A stretch of DNA of 62,916 nucleotides, counting the filler, from Globobulimina sp. (taxonomy: Eukaryota), in the NCBI GenBank assembly GCA_003354225.1. It is 25 parts of 25 records of this genome, joined end to end, with 100 filler letters (N's around TTAATTAATTAA, not from the genome) between each part and the next. Parts side by side here need not be neighbours in the genome. Positions count along the whole stretch, not along the records: positions 57,979 to 60,397 come from PIVH01006794.1; positions 60,498 to 62,916 come from PIVH01006795.1; 23 more parts are not named here. One strand, written 5' to 3'. The translations under genes were made by a program, and so were the position numbers. Positions 60,246-62,916 of this stretch are shown in pieces; positions within the stretch are counted from its first letter, which is position 1, and each line of letters begins with the position of its first letter. The notes beneath the pieces were generated by a model. The model saw nothing but the letters and a program-made list of their open reading frames with translations, was not told the DNA's origin and did not search any database.

Positions 60246-60577
60246 AAATGAATTTAATATAACTCATTTTAAAATAACTTAAGTTGTGCTTACAGTATCT
60301 CCAACAGTGATGATGCAGTGCTTCAATGTGTTTTTAAATTTAGTTGCCGACGATTTTGACGGTACAATAAATCCGGTCACTTGTAAGCATATGCCATNNN
60401 NNNNNNNNNNNNNNNNNNNNNNNNNNNNNNNNNNNNNNNNNTTAATTAATTAANNNNNNNNNNNNNNNNNNNNNNNNNNNNNNNNNNNNNNNNNNNNTTT
60501 AAAAAAAAAAGAATATACAAAAAAAAAACAGCTAGTTACTGATTACGGGCGTACTTAAATAAAATAGAAATTAAAAA

Positions 60578-62158
60578 TCAACTATTTTTTTGTGTTTTTA
60601 ATAAAGGAAACGCATTTCCATTGTGATGGACCATAATTTCTAAATTCACGAATCCTTTCACTAATTGCTTCGTGATGGGATGGCTATTATTTATATTCAA
60701 AAAACTGTTCGATTTCCTCAATCCGTGCGAATGTGAATGTGAATGCGAAGATTTGTTCTCTTTTATCAACTGATGTTTATATTTCTTATTCACTTTCATC
60801 GTTTTGATAAATTTATATTTATACCAATACAAAAGCGGCAATCCAATCACTAAAACAATGCCAACGAAGGTCCAAACATGGAATCTCCAAATTACTTCCT
60901 CAGAAAAGGTGGTGGAATGGAAGCCGAGGTCGAATTTGTATGTCACAGATAACCAATGCGATAACCTCTCCACCGGCATTATGACCCACCACAAGATCCA
61001 ATGGAAAAAGTCCACGCCGACTCTTTATACATTACACAGTGCAAAAAAAAGCAACACAAAGCCAGAGATATAGGACCTGAGCACATAGTCATCCACGTAC
61101 AAGTCGCCGTTATTTTTGATTTGTTTTATGAAAGAACGCCACAATATGACCCCCGGGCCGTTCCCGTGCAATATGCACGACGTCCCGTTGGTGATTTTGC
61201 TACGAAACGTGACATGTTTGGCAGAATCCGTCATTTCCACATCGAAGTCCATAAACATCATACCGCCCATAGACAGAAAGAGGTCGTTGGCATAGTCCAA
61301 TTTCATGGAAATCCCTGCATAATATTGGCTTAACAGCCCGTAGTCTTTGGATTGAGCGTTCGGCGCTAATTTGCTGATATCAATCACATTCGGTTGCTCC
61401 TTCCCACTGTGATCCAACTGTTCCTGCGCATATTGTTTATATTTGAGTAGCTCTACAAAATACGTAGTGTAGCATCGTTGGTCAGATTGCGTATTTTTGC
61501 TGAATTTATTGCCTTCGAAATCAGCGCAGGAACCGTTGCCCTCAGCGACTAATTCGCGAACGCGGGAGAACATAGTCAGCATTACATCGTGTTTACCCAT
61601 AATGGCGCCAGAGTTTGGGCACAAAAACCATGGAAACCAGCTGTGTGACTCTCTTTCGTTTTGGGTTAAGTGCGAAGTGAGAAAAGAACCAACATTTGGA
61701 TCGGGCCAACAATCCTTGCCCGTCGACATTACGATGTCTGCGTTGAACGCGTTGAATTTCGCTAATAAGTCCTCTTCGCAACAAATGGGCACTGTGTCGT
61801 AGCTGTCTAATATTAATATGACGGAGTCGTTGTGGCTGTTGTCTATGGAGGCGATGAAGGAGTGAAAGCCCTCGATTTTGTCATTGAAACCACCCCACGG
61901 TCGGTCGGCGCCTATTAAATGGATATCTAATTCGTAGCGCTTAGAGAATGACACTAAATGACGTGCTGCGGTGGCGTCGGATGCATATCCTATTACGGTT
62001 AGTTTTTGTGGATATTGCGGGTTGGTATTTTTGTTTGGCTTTTTATAGTTCTTTTTGAGGTTATTGTGGGGATTTTTATTGCTTTTCTTTTTTTCACAGA
62101 ATGCAGGGAATAATGAGCAAATTACAATTAGTGTTAGAAATTGATATAATTTGAGCAT
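60578..62158 (-). CDS. PLOD/procollagen-glycosyltransferase-like GT-A domain protein with a C-terminal membrane anchor
   Basis: Signal peptide, ILILDSYD, KDCWP, PNSGAIMG, SDQ and ILHGNGPG. Intron 61023-61076 joins the two ORFs in frame. Confidence 0.8.
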
Positions 62159-62679
62159 AATAAATTAGTTTTAAATGACAGATCTTATTTAGGTTAAATT
62201 GATTCGTGTTTGATGCGAAGTGTCAAATATCTGTACGTTGCTTGATCTGATCACAAAGAAGTACCGTATGTAATTTACAGAAAGGTTTTACTGTCAGAAA
62301 AAAAAAACAGCGGAGGTATGAGATAGACACATGGCTGAATATTTCCATACAAAGCTTTTGCTCTGTTTATATTGTTACTTGATTCTAATATGACAATTAC
62401 ATGTAACTGAAAACGGAGGGGCAAAATACTATTAACTGAAAACGTTTTTGTATCGAATATGTTTGTGGGTTCGTTGGGTTTGTTGAAACGTATACAATTT
62501 AAGTTCAAACGTATATATAAGTTCGAAAGAAAGATTACATACAAAAAAACTGAGAAAAAATAATATTAAATAAGAAAGTTATTTTGTCATTACTCTCCAA
62601 CTTTCACTATCCAATACAACAATCTCTCATTCAATTTCCTACCCTCACTCAACTACACTGACCCCCAATCCACAGATGT

Positions 62680-62916
62680 AACCATAGCTCCCATCCCTCA
62701 AACGCAAAGAAGACGTCTCAGAGGTCGTTATATTAGCACAAGTCCGATCTATCGATACTGGAATGAACGTCTCAAAGACAATTTCTACACTCAACGCAAT
62801 CATGGGAAATACATTGGAGGCAGACATGGCTGGCGATTTGAAAGAATCGAATTTTATTTATCGCCACGACGCAGAAGGGGAATGGTACCAATCTACAGAT
62901 ATTGGAACCACAGATC
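62680..62916 (+). CDS. DUF5648-like repeat protein fragment (not in the ORF track)
   Basis: Manual translation ...PIYRYWNERLKDNFYT...GGRHGWRFERIEFYL...MVPIYRYWNHR. Confidence 0.6.

Noticed and set aside
1-62916. Operon-like clustering of channels, sulfatase, sulfotransferase and mobile elements
   Set aside because: The genes lie on separate, size-sorted contigs, so their neighbourhood is arbitrary.

Overview
This window is not one locus. It is 25 unrelated contigs of about 2.42 kb each, sorted by size and joined by an artificial 100-nt spacer (N44-TTAATTAATTAA-N44), so adjacency across spacers has no biological meaning. Most contigs come from an AT-rich eukaryote with short (43-73 nt) GT-AG introns. 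Its gene families suggest a foraminiferan or other rhizarian (my inference). Recognisable genes include BOP1/ERB1, importin-alpha, a two-pore channel, CorA, a sulfatase, a sulfotransferase, RGS, RRM, SANT, ankyrin, CAP-Gly, vWA and Kelch proteins, and a PLOD-like glycosyltransferase. Two contigs are mobile elements: a Bel/Pao gag-protease with a premature stop, and a Polinton-type protein-primed PolB split by ten 46-56 nt introns. Two contigs carry bacterial fragments fused to eukaryotic genes, probably chimeras. The standout is 10089-12510 (minus strand): at least three tandem globin domains fused in one frame to a Cys-less pentameric ligand-gated ion channel, a candidate haem-based O2/NO-gated channel. 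All calls come from reading motifs by eye; no database searches were run.
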